A stretch of 64,000 nt of DNA, taken from an uncultured Flavobacteriaceae bacterium (lineage in GTDB: Bacteria > Bacteroidota > Bacteroidia > Flavobacteriales > Flavobacteriaceae). The DNA is taken from the NCBI GenBank assembly GCA_947500585.1, contig CANMSN010000008.1, forward strand, positions 17,120-81,119, in the 5' to 3' direction. The notes below the pieces were generated by a model, which was not told the DNA's origin, searched no databases, and saw only the letters and a program-made list of their open reading frames with translations. Shown here in pieces: positions 19,174 through 28,819 of the stretch (its first letter is position 1; every line of letters begins with the position of its first letter). Position numbers and translations under genes: made by a program.

Positions 19174-19721
19174 TGAGAGTAATAGAAACTAAATTAAAAG
19201 GTTGTTTTATTATTGAACCTAAAATTTTTCAAGACAATAGAGGCTATTTTTTCGAAAGCTTTAACCAAAGTAAGTTTAATGACTTAATAGGAAAAAAAAT
19301 TGATTTTATTCAGGACAATGAGTCTTTTTCGTCCAAAGGAGTTCTAAGGGGTTTACACTATCAAAAAGGTGAGTATGCTCAAGCTAAACTAGTTAGAGTA
19401 ATTAAAGGAAGTGTTTTAGATGTAGCAGTAGATTTGAGATCTAATTCGCCTTCTTATGGGCAACACATATCAATTGAGCTAAATGAAGATAATAAAAGGC
19501 AACTTTTTATTCCGCGCGGGTTTGCGCACGGTTTTGTTGTTTTAAGTGATGGTGGGGCTCTATTTTCATATAAGTGTGATAATTTTTACAATAAAGCATC
19601 TGAATCAGGTATAATATACAATGATGTAGAATTAAACATTGATTGGAAATTAAATGACAATGAACTTATAATATCTGAAAAAGATAAGATATTACCAATG
19701 TTTAAAAATGCTAGTCAATGA
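19173..19721 (+). CDS. rfbC: dTDP-4-dehydrorhamnose 3,5-epimerase
   Basis: Cupin protein with DNRGYFFESF and RGLHYQ; 182 aa. Confidence 0.95.
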   Translation: MRVIETKLKGCFIIEPKIFQDNRGYFFESFNQSKFNDLIGKKIDFIQDNESFSSKGVLRGLHYQKGEYAQAKLVRVIKGSVLDVAVDLRSNSPSYGQHISIELNEDNKRQLFIPRGFAHGFVVLSDGGALFSYKCDNFYNKASESGIIYNDVELNIDWKLNDNELIISEKDKILPMFKNASQ

Positions 19722-20587
19722 AAACAGTTTTAGTTACAGGTGGCAACGGCCAACTAGGATCATGTTTAAAAGAACTGTCGAAAGATTTATTGGGCTATAA
19801 TTTTATCTTTTTAGATTACGAAGATTTAGACATTACAAAGAAAGAAGATGTAGAACTGTTTTTTAATTCTAATAAAATCTCATATTGTGTTAACTGCGCT
19901 GCATTTACTAACGTTGACAAGTCTGAGGCAGATAAGGAAACATGTAAAAAAGTTAATGAAGATGGAGTAAGTTTTTTAGCCTTGGCATGTAAAGCTTATA
20001 ATGTTAAATTAATTCATATATCTACAGATTTTGTTTTTGATGGAAAACAATCATTCCCATATAAAGAAGGAGACCCATCGAACCCATTGGGTTTTTATGG
20101 TCAAACAAAGTTAAATGGAGAATTGGCAGTTATTGAATCTATTAAAACGTATTTTATAATACGAACATCCTGGTTATATTCAGAATATGGAAATAATTTT
20201 TTAAAAACCATGTTACGTTTAGGAAAAGAAAGACATGAAATCTCTGTTGTTTATGATCAAGTAGGTACGCCAACTTATGCTAAAGATTTAGCAGAGGTAA
20301 TAATTAAGATTATTATAAATATTAATGAAAACTATGGTGTTTATCATTACAGCAATGAAGGCGTTGCAAGTTGGTACGATTTTACTGAGGCCATATTTTA
20401 TGAAAGTAACACAAAAGTAGATGTGTTACCAATAAGATCCGAAGCATATCCATTACCAGCCAAAAGACCAAATTATAGTGTACTTGATAAAGAGAAAATT
20501 AAAAACACTCTCGATATTTCAATTCCATATTGGAGGGATAGTTTAAAAAAGTGTCTAAAAAATTTAATTGATGAAAATGAATTATAA
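19718..20587 (+). CDS. rfbD: dTDP-4-dehydrorhamnose reductase
   Basis: Has [11 protein letters not shown] and YGQTKLNGE; 289 aa. It follows rfbC with a 4-nt overlap. Confidence 0.93.
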   Translation: MKTVLVTGGNGQLGSCLKELSKDLLGYNFIFLDYEDLDITKKEDVELFFNSNKISYCVNCAAFTNVDKSEADKETCKKVNEDGVSFLALACKAYNVKLIHISTDFVFDGKQSFPYKEGDPSNPLGFYGQTKLNGELAVIESIKTYFIIRTSWLYSEYGNNFLKTMLRLGKERHEISVVYDQVGTPTYAKDLAEVIIKIIININENYGVYHYSNEGVASWYDFTEAIFYESNTKVDVLPIRSEAYPLPAKRPNYSVLDKEKIKNTLDISIPYWRDSLKKCLKNLIDENEL

Positions 20588-21848
20588 GATAGCAATAATA
20601 GGTTTAGGTTATGTAGGCTTGCCATTGGCAGTAGAATTTGCTAAAAAATATGCTGTATTGGGTTTTGACATTAATAATAAAAGAATTGATGAGTTAAATA
20701 CGGGTTTTGATTCTACTTTAGAAGTGTCAAATAAAAGTCTTCAATCAGTCCTTAACACAGAAAATACAGTAGGTTTAAAACTAAGTTATAAAGCCCAAGA
20801 CTTAAAAGACTGTAACTTCTATATTGTAACAGTACCTACACCAGTAGATAGTAATAACAAGCCTGTTTTAACACCATTGATTAAGGCTTCTGAGGCAATA
20901 GGACGTGTTTTAAAGAAAGATGATATAGTTGTATATGAATCCACTGTGTATCCTGGAGCAACAGAAGATGAATGTGTCCCAGTATTAGAAAAAGAAAGTG
21001 GACTTAAATTTAATAAAGATTTTTATTGCGGCTATTCGCCAGAGCGTATTAACCCCGGAGATAAGACGCATACAGTTACTAAGATTAAGAAAGTAACATC
21101 AGGTTCAACAAAAGAAATAGGAGAAGAAGTTAATAATTTATATGCTTCAATAATAGAAGCAGGCACGCATTTGGCTCCCTCAATTAAAGTGGCAGAAGCT
21201 GCTAAAGTTATTGAAAATGCACAACGAGATATAAATATTGCTTTCATAAATGAGCTAGCAAAAATTTTCAATAAACTAGATATAGATACGCATGCTGTGC
21301 TAGAGGCCGCAGCTACAAAATGGAATTTCTTACCATTTAAACCAGGTTTGGTTGGCGGACATTGCATAGGCGTAGACCCTTATTATTTAGCGCAGAAAGC
21401 TCAAGAAGTTGGTTACCATCCAGAAATTATTTTAGCAGGAAGACGCTTAAATGATTCTATGGGAGAATTTGTAGCAACAGAAGTTTTAAAGCTAATGGTT
21501 CAAAACAATATTACTATAGAAAAAGCTAATGTTTTGATGTTAGGTATAACCTTCAAAGAGAATTGTCCTGATATAAGGAATACCAAAGCTATTGATGTTT
21601 ATACAGCTTTAACTTCATTTAACATGAAGGTTGATGTTTATGATCCTTGGGCATCTAAAGAAGAAGTAAAAAATGAATATAATATAGAAACTATTGAAAA
21701 ACTAGACTCTAAATATGATGCTATAATACATGTCGTATCTCATAAAGAATTTGCAACTTTAAATTTTAAGAGTTTAAAAAATGAAAATTCAATTTTATAC
21801 GATGTTAAAGGCAATTTAATATCGGAACTAGTAACAAAAAGATTATAA
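20571..21848 (+). CDS. Nucleotide-sugar dehydrogenase, TviB/WbpO-type (UDP-N-acetyl-hexosamine 6-dehydrogenase likely)
   Basis: Has [22 protein letters not shown], and the catalytic Cys in [11 protein letters not shown]. The start could be ATG 20571 or 20577. Confidence 0.8.
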   Translation: MKMNYKIAIIGLGYVGLPLAVEFAKKYAVLGFDINNKRIDELNTGFDSTLEVSNKSLQSVLNTENTVGLKLSYKAQDLKDCNFYIVTVPTPVDSNNKPVLTPLIKASEAIGRVLKKDDIVVYESTVYPGATEDECVPVLEKESGLKFNKDFYCGYSPERINPGDKTHTVTKIKKVTSGSTKEIGEEVNNLYASIIEAGTHLAPSIKVAEAAKVIENAQRDINIAFINELAKIFNKLDIDTHAVLEAAATKWNFLPFKPGLVGGHCIGVDPYYLAQKAQEVGYHPEIILAGRRLNDSMGEFVATEVLKLMVQNNITIEKANVLMLGITFKENCPDIRNTKAIDVYTALTSFNMKVDVYDPWASKEEVKNEYNIETIEKLDSKYDAIIHVVSHKEFATLNFKSLKNENSILYDVKGNLISELVTKRL

Positions 21849-22846
21849 TGTTATACGAAACTAAATACCATAAAGAGGATTTATCTCAGTTTACTTTTTT
21901 AGTTACTGGAGGCGCTGGATTTATTGGTTCTAATATTGTTGAATACCTTTTTAAATATGATGCAAAAAAAGTAATTATACTAGATAATTTTGCTACTGGA
22001 AACATTCGAAATATTGATATGTTTTTAAAGCAAGATAATTGTGAGTTAATAGAAGGAGATATTTGTAATATTGAAACATGTAAAAAGGCTGTTGAAGGTG
22101 TTGATTATATTTTACACCAAGCAGCTTTAGGTTCTGTTCCTCGTTCTTTAAAGGATCCTATAACAACAAATCAGGTAAATATATCGGGGTTTTTAAATAT
22201 TTTAAACGCTGCCAAAGATTCTGTAACTGTAAAGAAAATGGTTTATGCGGCTTCATCTAGCACTTATGGTGACAGTAAAAGTCTTCCTAAGATTGAGGAA
22301 AAAATAGGGAATCCCTTATCCCCATATGCCGTTACCAAATATGTAAACGAACTATATGCAGATGTGTTTTCAAGAAGTTATAAATTTCATTCTGTTGGTT
22401 TAAGATATTTTAATGTATTTGGCCCTAAGCAAGATCCAAATGGAGCTTATGCTGCTGTAATACCTTTATTTTTTGACGGGGCTATTAATAATAAACTTGT
22501 GAAAATTAATGGTGATGGTGAACAGACAAGAGATTTTACATTTATAGAAAATGTGGTTCAAGCAAATATTAAAGCTATATTTTCCAGTTTAGATAACCAC
22601 GAAGTATTTAATGTGGCATGTGGAGAGCGGATAAGTATAAATAGACTTTGGGAAACTATAAAAAAACTAACTAATACAACTAATGAAGTTAATTATGGTC
22701 CAACTAGATTGGGAGATATTAAAGACTCTTTGGCTAATATAGATAAGGCAGTTAAGGTATTAGAGTATAAACCTCTTTTTAAATTAAAAGACGGATTAAA
22801 AATATCAATAAGTTGGTATTTAGAAAATAAAAGGGAATTATTTTGA
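21848..22846 (+). CDS. NAD-dependent 4-epimerase, WbpP/TviC-type
   Basis: Has VTGGAGFIGSN and SPYAVTKYVNE (Y-x3-K). It is paired with the TviB/WbpO-like dehydrogenase, as in UDP-GalNAcA pathways. Confidence 0.75.
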   Translation: MLYETKYHKEDLSQFTFLVTGGAGFIGSNIVEYLFKYDAKKVIILDNFATGNIRNIDMFLKQDNCELIEGDICNIETCKKAVEGVDYILHQAALGSVPRSLKDPITTNQVNISGFLNILNAAKDSVTVKKMVYAASSSTYGDSKSLPKIEEKIGNPLSPYAVTKYVNELYADVFSRSYKFHSVGLRYFNVFGPKQDPNGAYAAVIPLFFDGAINNKLVKINGDGEQTRDFTFIENVVQANIKAIFSSLDNHEVFNVACGERISINRLWETIKKLTNTTNEVNYGPTRLGDIKDSLANIDKAVKVLEYKPLFKLKDGLKISISWYLENKRELF

Positions 22847-22975
22847 CAAAAGGTGGATTTATAACAACAATCATGTAATTACTTTAAGGAAATCTAAATT
22901 CAAAAAGAACAAAATATTAAATTTCTAGATTCCAAGAATAGTATGATGAATCATTAATAAATATAAACTTATAAA

Positions 22976-23992
22976 ATGTTTGAATTAAAAAGTAAATCTA
23001 TATTAATTACCGGAGGAACTGGCTCATTAGGTAAGGCATTAACTAAACACATTTTAAGTAAACATCCAGAAATTAAGAAGCTTGTTATTTTTTCAAGAGA
23101 TGAGCAAAAACAGTTTCAAATGGCTCAAGAATTCCCAATTAATGAGTTCCCACAAATTCGTTTTTTTATTGGAGATGTTAGAGATAAAGAACGCTTAATT
23201 AGAGCATTTCAACATATCGACTATGTAATTCATGCAGCAGCAATGAAGCATGTTCATATTGCTGAGTACAATCCTGATGAATGTATTAAAACCAATATTG
23301 GAGGTGCCGAAAATGTGGTTGACGCATGTTTAAAAACTAAGGTTACTCGCGTTGTCGCTCTATCTACAGATAAAGCATGTGCACCTATAAATTTGTATGG
23401 AGCCACTAAGCTTACTTCAGACAAGTTATTTATCGCAGCAAATAATATCAAAGGAGAAAACCCAATTAGATTTTCCGTGGTAAGATATGGTAATGTCATG
23501 GGATCTAACGGTTCGGTTATTCCATTTTTTATTAATAAAAAAGAAGAAGGCAAACTACCAATTACCGATCCAAACATGACGCGCTTTAATATTTCTCTTC
23601 AAGGAGGTGTTGACATGGTTATCCACGCCTTAGAACATGCATGGGGCGGTGAGTTATTTGTGCCAAAAATCCCATCTTATAGAATTATGGACGTTGCAAA
23701 TGCAATAGGTCCAGAATGTGAAAAACCCGTAGTTGGAATTAGACCAGGAGAGAAAGTGCATGAAGAAATGATTACACCTTCAGACTCTTTTTACACCTAC
23801 GATTTGGGAAAATACTATACCATTTTGCCTGCGACTCATATGTGGAAATTAGAAGATTACTTGGCTAAATTTAAAGCAGAAAAAGTACCTTCAGGATTTA
23901 GTTATAACTCAGGTGAGAATAGCGATTGGGAGACTATTGAAACTCTTAGAGAATTAATTAAGGTGCATGTAGATTCTAATTTTATAGTTTAA
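22976..23992 (+). CDS. pseB: UDP-N-acetylglucosamine 4,6-dehydratase (inverting)
   Basis: Short FlaA1/CapD-type SDR with ILITGGTGSLGK and YGATKLTSDK. It heads the pse gene run. Confidence 0.9.
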   Translation: MFELKSKSILITGGTGSLGKALTKHILSKHPEIKKLVIFSRDEQKQFQMAQEFPINEFPQIRFFIGDVRDKERLIRAFQHIDYVIHAAAMKHVHIAEYNPDECIKTNIGGAENVVDACLKTKVTRVVALSTDKACAPINLYGATKLTSDKLFIAANNIKGENPIRFSVVRYGNVMGSNGSVIPFFINKKEEGKLPITDPNMTRFNISLQGGVDMVIHALEHAWGGELFVPKIPSYRIMDVANAIGPECEKPVVGIRPGEKVHEEMITPSDSFYTYDLGKYYTILPATHMWKLEDYLAKFKAEKVPSGFSYNSGENSDWETIETLRELIKVHVDSNFIV

Positions 23993-25137
23993 TGAAACCA
24001 ATACCTTACGGAAGACAACATATTGACCAATCAGATATTGATGCTGTTGTTTCAACATTACAAGCTGATTTCCTGACTCAAGGACCAAAAGTTCAAGAGT
24101 TTGAAAATAAATTTGCTGACTATGTGGGTTCTAAATATGCAGTAGCTGTAAATAATGCTACTTCTGGACTACATTTAGCTGTTTTATCTCTTGGCTTAAA
24201 AGAAGGAGAACGCGTAATTACTACACCAATTACCTTTGCAGCATCCGCCAATTGTGTAAGATATGCAGGAGGCGAAGTATGGTTTGCCGATATTGACCGA
24301 AACACGTATTTGCTTTCAATAGAAAGTACTAAAAAACTTATTGAGAGTAAACCAAAAGGATTTTTTAAAGGAATTATCCCAGTAGATTTCGCAGGACTAC
24401 CAGTAAACTTAGAAGCTTTTAGGGCATTAGCAGATAAGCATGATTTGTGGATAATTGAAGATGCTTGTCATGCACCAGGTGGATACTTCACAGATTCTAA
24501 AGGAGAAAAACAAATGTGTGGTAATGGTTATTATGCAGATATCGGCATATTTTCATTTCATCCAGTAAAGCATATTGCTTGTGGTGAAGGCGGAATGATT
24601 ACAACAAATTCTGAAAAGCTTTATAAAAAACTTACGTTATTGAGAACGCATGGTATCACCAAAGAAAACATGTCAGAAAATCATGGTGGATGGTTTTATG
24701 AAATGCAAGAACTAGGTTATAATTATAGATTAACAGATATCCAATCTGCTTTAGGTATTACTCAGTTATCTAAAAACAAAGTTGGTGTAGAAAGAAGAAA
24801 CGAAATAGCTACTTACTATAAGAAAGCATTTAATGGAAAAATAAAGTTTCAAAGCCTATCAGAAGGTAATTTAAATGCACACCACTTATTTGTTATCGAA
24901 GTTGAAGACAGAAAAGGTTTATACGATTTTTTAAGAACACAAAATATCTTTACTCAAATACATTACATTCCAGTACACAAACTGCCTTATTACAAAGAAA
25001 TTGGGTATGAAAGTGCAGATTTAAGCAATTCAGAAAACTATTATTCTAAGTGTATAAGTTTGCCAATGTATCCAAGCTTAACAGATACTGAACAGGCATT
25101 TGTAATCAAAAAAGTAGTATCTTACATCAATGGCTAA
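23992..25137 (+). CDS. pseC: UDP-4-amino-4,6-dideoxy-N-acetyl-beta-L-altrosamine transaminase
   Basis: DegT family protein with the N-terminus IPYGRQHIDQSDIDAV..LTQGPKVQEFE and a PLP-Lys region FSFHPVKHI. Confidence 0.9.
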   Translation: MKPIPYGRQHIDQSDIDAVVSTLQADFLTQGPKVQEFENKFADYVGSKYAVAVNNATSGLHLAVLSLGLKEGERVITTPITFAASANCVRYAGGEVWFADIDRNTYLLSIESTKKLIESKPKGFFKGIIPVDFAGLPVNLEAFRALADKHDLWIIEDACHAPGGYFTDSKGEKQMCGNGYYADIGIFSFHPVKHIACGEGGMITTNSEKLYKKLTLLRTHGITKENMSENHGGWFYEMQELGYNYRLTDIQSALGITQLSKNKVGVERRNEIATYYKKAFNGKIKFQSLSEGNLNAHHLFVIEVEDRKGLYDFLRTQNIFTQIHYIPVHKLPYYKEIGYESADLSNSENYYSKCISLPMYPSLTDTEQAFVIKKVVSYING

Positions 25138-25834
25138 TCTAGCAATTATACCTGCAAGAGGAGGAAGTAAACGTATACCTAGAAAGAATATTAAACCTTT
25201 TTTAGGGAAACCAATTATTGCCTATTCAATAGAATCTGCATTAAAAAGCAATTTGTTTGATGAGGTTATGGTGTCTACAGATGATGAAGAAATTGCAAAA
25301 ACAGCAAGAGATTATGGAGCAAAAGTTCCATTTTTAAGAAGTAATGATAATGCGAATGATTTTGCTATATTAGCAGATGTTGTTGAAGAAGTTATTGCAA
25401 ATTATTCTGAAAAGAATCAATCTTTTGAAAATATTTGCTGCATATTACCTACTGCACCTTTTGTAACTTCAAGCAAAATAGCAGAAGCATATACTAAACT
25501 AACTAAAGATGATTTTGATAGTGTCTTTCCAGTATTAGAATTTTCGTTTCCAATACAACGTTCTTTAAAAATTGCAGACAATAAAATAGGTATGGTTTGG
25601 AGTAAGTATTTAAATTCACGTTCACAAGACTTAGAGCCTAGGTATCATGATTCTGGTCAGTTTTATTGGTTAAAAACAACCTCCTTTAATAACAATAAAA
25701 AGTTATTAACGGATAATTCAGGAGCTATTGTAATTTCTGAATTACACGCACAAGATATTGATACCGAAACAGATTGGAAGCTTGCCGAAATTAAATATAA
25801 ACTCATGCTTAATGACCAAAAAAATAATCTTTAG
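25130..25834 (+). CDS. pseF: Pseudaminic acid cytidylyltransferase
   Basis: Has the AIIPARGGSKRIPRKN cytidylyltransferase motif, in pse context. Confidence 0.85.
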   Translation: MANLAIIPARGGSKRIPRKNIKPFLGKPIIAYSIESALKSNLFDEVMVSTDDEEIAKTARDYGAKVPFLRSNDNANDFAILADVVEEVIANYSEKNQSFENICCILPTAPFVTSSKIAEAYTKLTKDDFDSVFPVLEFSFPIQRSLKIADNKIGMVWSKYLNSRSQDLEPRYHDSGQFYWLKTTSFNNNKKLLTDNSGAIVISELHAQDIDTETDWKLAEIKYKLMLNDQKNNL

Positions 25835-26825
25835 AGCCGATGGTAACTTTACTATAGGATTAGGTCATCTATACAGATTATTTAGTCTGGTAGAAATTGT
25901 TAGAGGCACCTTAGAGTTTGTGTTTATAACACATGAAACTTCAACAAATTCTGTTATTTCTAAAGCTTACAACAAAGTAACAATACCTCAAAACATTACT
26001 ATTAAAGATGAAGCTGAATGGTTAGCCGCTAATTTTTCGCCTAAAGAATATATTATAATAGCAGATGGTTATCAATTTACCGCATCCTATCAAATAAAAA
26101 TAAAACAAAAAGGATACAACTTGATCTATATTGATGATTTAGCAAAAGAATACATGTACGCAGATGTAGTAATAAATCATTCGCCATATATTCAAGAAAA
26201 ACACTACAAGAAAGAATCCTATACAAAACTAGCTTTAGGAACTAGATATGCGTTGTTGAGACCACTATTTTTAAAAGAAGCAAAACAAGACAGAGCAATT
26301 AATAAAATTGATTGTGCTTTTGTATGTTTTGGAGGTGTAGACCCATTTAATTTAAGCTTAAAAGCGGTTGAAGCACTTATACAAATACCAAATTTTAAAA
26401 GAATTCATGTTGTTTTAGGTGGCGCATATAAGCACAAAGATATTTTTGATTTAGAAAAAACACACTCTAAAATAATAAAAACATATCGTAATCTTTCTGA
26501 AGAAGACTTAATAAAAATAATGCAGCTAAGTAATTTTGCAATAGCACCAGCAAGTACTATTTTGTATGAGCTTTCATGTGTAAAAATGCCTATTTTCAGT
26601 GGTTTTTATGTAGATAACCAAGAACTTATTTACAAAGGGTTTATAAATAACCAAGCTATTTATAAAGGCGAAAACATGAAAGATTATCAGGTTTCGGATT
26701 TTATAAATAATATAAAAGCTTTATTTAAAGAACAAAAATTTAACTCTCAAATAGAATCCCAAAAAGCACTGTTTGATGACAAAATAGCGTTAAGACACTT
26801 AAGCTTAATAAAAGAACTATGTTAA
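25812..26825 (+). CDS. pseG: UDP-2,4-diacetamido-2,4,6-trideoxy-beta-L-altropyranose hydrolase
   Basis: The N-terminus MTKKIIFRADGNFTIGLGHLYR is typical of PseG. ATG at 25812 is preferred over the listed upstream start. Confidence 0.8.
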   Translation: MTKKIIFRADGNFTIGLGHLYRLFSLVEIVRGTLEFVFITHETSTNSVISKAYNKVTIPQNITIKDEAEWLAANFSPKEYIIIADGYQFTASYQIKIKQKGYNLIYIDDLAKEYMYADVVINHSPYIQEKHYKKESYTKLALGTRYALLRPLFLKEAKQDRAINKIDCAFVCFGGVDPFNLSLKAVEALIQIPNFKRIHVVLGGAYKHKDIFDLEKTHSKIIKTYRNLSEEDLIKIMQLSNFAIAPASTILYELSCVKMPIFSGFYVDNQELIYKGFINNQAIYKGENMKDYQVSDFINNIKALFKEQKFNSQIESQKALFDDKIALRHLSLIKELC

Positions 26826-27700
26826 CTATCGGAGTACTTTGTAGTGGCGGTTTAGGGTTAGATACGTTATCAAAAATTGCAAAATATCATACGATACAAT
26901 TTGTTTTAACGGATAGTAACTCTAACGGAATTATAGATTTTGCAACAAAAAATAACATTCCAGTTTTTGCTGGTAACCCTAGAAAAGGAAAAGGCTTTAA
27001 CTTTATTAAAAACTTTAATGTCGATGTTATAGCATCAATTAACTATCTGTTTTTAATAGAAGAAGATATAATTAATCATTCTAACGTAATTACTTTTAAT
27101 ATTCATGGCTCACTATTACCAAAATACAGAGGTAGAACACCACATGTTTGGGCAATTATAAATGGCGAAGATAAAGCAGGAATAACAGCTCATATTATAG
27201 ACACGGGTTGCGATACCGGAAAAATAATTCATCAAATAGAGATACCTATAGAAATTGAAGATACGGGTGCAATCATTTTAGAAAAGTATGCAAAAGCCTA
27301 TTATCCTATGGTAAAAAAAGTATTAAAAGATGTGGCTAACACAGAATTAAACTTAACAATTCAAAAGGAAGAAGACGCTACATATTTTGGAAAGCGAACA
27401 CCTGATGATGGAGAAATTAATTGGAACTGGGAAAAAGAAGCTATTAGAAACTGGGTAAGAGCACAAGCAAATCCATACCCAGGAGCTTTTACATTTTATA
27501 AAAATAATAAAATCATTATTGACAAAGTATCTTTTTCAGAAGAAAAATTAACCAAGAATCTATTAAACGGAGAAATTATAAAACTTAAACCTAATCTCGT
27601 AGTTAAGACAAAAAATGGCGCCATTAACTTAGATATAATAAGAACAGAAAATTGTACTTTTGTCAAAGGAAATATATTTGGCAATGAAAATAGGAAATAA
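26819..27700 (+). CDS. Formyltransferase-family protein (Fmt/ArnA-N-like sugar N-formyltransferase candidate)
   Basis: Has NIHGSLLPKYRGRTPH and HIIDTGCDTGKI, the Asn-His-Asp formyltransferase signature. Both ends overlap the neighbouring genes (pseG and pseI). Confidence 0.85.
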   Translation: MLTIGVLCSGGLGLDTLSKIAKYHTIQFVLTDSNSNGIIDFATKNNIPVFAGNPRKGKGFNFIKNFNVDVIASINYLFLIEEDIINHSNVITFNIHGSLLPKYRGRTPHVWAIINGEDKAGITAHIIDTGCDTGKIIHQIEIPIEIEDTGAIILEKYAKAYYPMVKKVLKDVANTELNLTIQKEEDATYFGKRTPDDGEINWNWEKEAIRNWVRAQANPYPGAFTFYKNNKIIIDKVSFSEEKLTKNLLNGEIIKLKPNLVVKTKNGAINLDIIRTENCTFVKGNIFGNENRK

Positions 27701-28751
27701 GACTATTGGAGGAGACAATCCATGTTTTATAATAGCAGAACTTTCTGCAAATCATAATGGCGATTTAAATGTTGCAATAGAAACTATAAGAGCAGCAAAA
27801 AAAACAGGAGCAGATGCCATTAAGCTACAAACATATACTCCAGACACATTAACTATAGATTGCGACAATAAGCATTTTAAAATTGATAGTGGTACACTTT
27901 GGGATGGAAAAACCCTTTATGAACTTTATAGAGAAGCATACACACCTTGGGAATGGCATAAAAGATTATTTGAAGTTGCAGAAGAGGAAGGTTTAATTTG
28001 TTTTTCATCACCATTTGATTTTACTGCGGTAGATTTTCTTGAAGACTTAAATGTACCAGCATATAAAATAGCCTCATTTGAAATCCAAGATATTCCTTTA
28101 ATTGAGTACGCTGCATCGAAGGGAAAACCAATTATTATGTCTACAGGCATTGCCGAAAAACGGGATATTAAATTAGCAGTAGATACCTGTAGAAAAGCAG
28201 GAAATAATGATATTATTTTACTTAAATGCACATCATCTTATCCGGCACCTTTAGAATTAGCAAACCTTTATACCATTCCAGATATGAAAGAGCGTTTTGG
28301 TGTCGAGGTAGGTTTTAGTGACCATACTTATGGCACTTTAGCTCCAATAGTAGCAACTACTTTGGGAGCAACAGTGATTGAAAAACACTTTATTTTGGAT
28401 AAAAGTATTGGAGGACCTGATGCCGATTTTTCGTTAGACGTAGAAGAATTTATAGAATTAGTAAATAAAGTAAGAGACACCGAAAAAATTCTGGGAAAAG
28501 TATCATACGAAATCTCAGAAAAAGTAAAAAACAACAAAAAATTTGCCAGATCTTTATTTGTAGTACAAGATGTAAAAGCAGGAGATATAATTACCAAAGA
28601 TAATATTAGATCTATAAGACCAGGTTATGGGATGCATCCTAAATATTATAAAGATATTTTAGGAAAAAAGTTTTCTAAGAACATTGAAAAGGGAACACCC
28701 TTAAATAATAAGGTTATTGAAAATTACAACAATTTCAATTTTTTAGAGTAA
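27684..28751 (+). CDS. pseI: Pseudaminic acid synthase (NeuB family)
   Basis: Has FIIAELSANHNG, a TIM-barrel pattern and a C-terminal SAF-like domain. ATG at 27684 is preferred over TTG at 27660. Confidence 0.9.
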   Translation: MKIGNKTIGGDNPCFIIAELSANHNGDLNVAIETIRAAKKTGADAIKLQTYTPDTLTIDCDNKHFKIDSGTLWDGKTLYELYREAYTPWEWHKRLFEVAEEEGLICFSSPFDFTAVDFLEDLNVPAYKIASFEIQDIPLIEYAASKGKPIIMSTGIAEKRDIKLAVDTCRKAGNNDIILLKCTSSYPAPLELANLYTIPDMKERFGVEVGFSDHTYGTLAPIVATTLGATVIEKHFILDKSIGGPDADFSLDVEEFIELVNKVRDTEKILGKVSYEISEKVKNNKKFARSLFVVQDVKAGDIITKDNIRSIRPGYGMHPKYYKDILGKKFSKNIEKGTPLNNKVIENYNNFNFLE

Positions 28752-28819
28752 ACTACATTGAGTTATTTTAAATTGAAGAACGCTTTAATGGTTAAAAAAA
28801 AAGAAAGCTTATATATACT

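Noticed and set aside
22871-22933. Third copy of the GTCATT...GGAAATCTAAA hairpin upstream of pseB
   Set aside because: The flanks are similar, but the upstream stem arm is not complementary. GGAAATCTAAATT instead pairs imperfectly with AATTTCTAGATTCC downstream. It is too degenerate to call a family member with confidence, so it is mentioned only as a possible relic.
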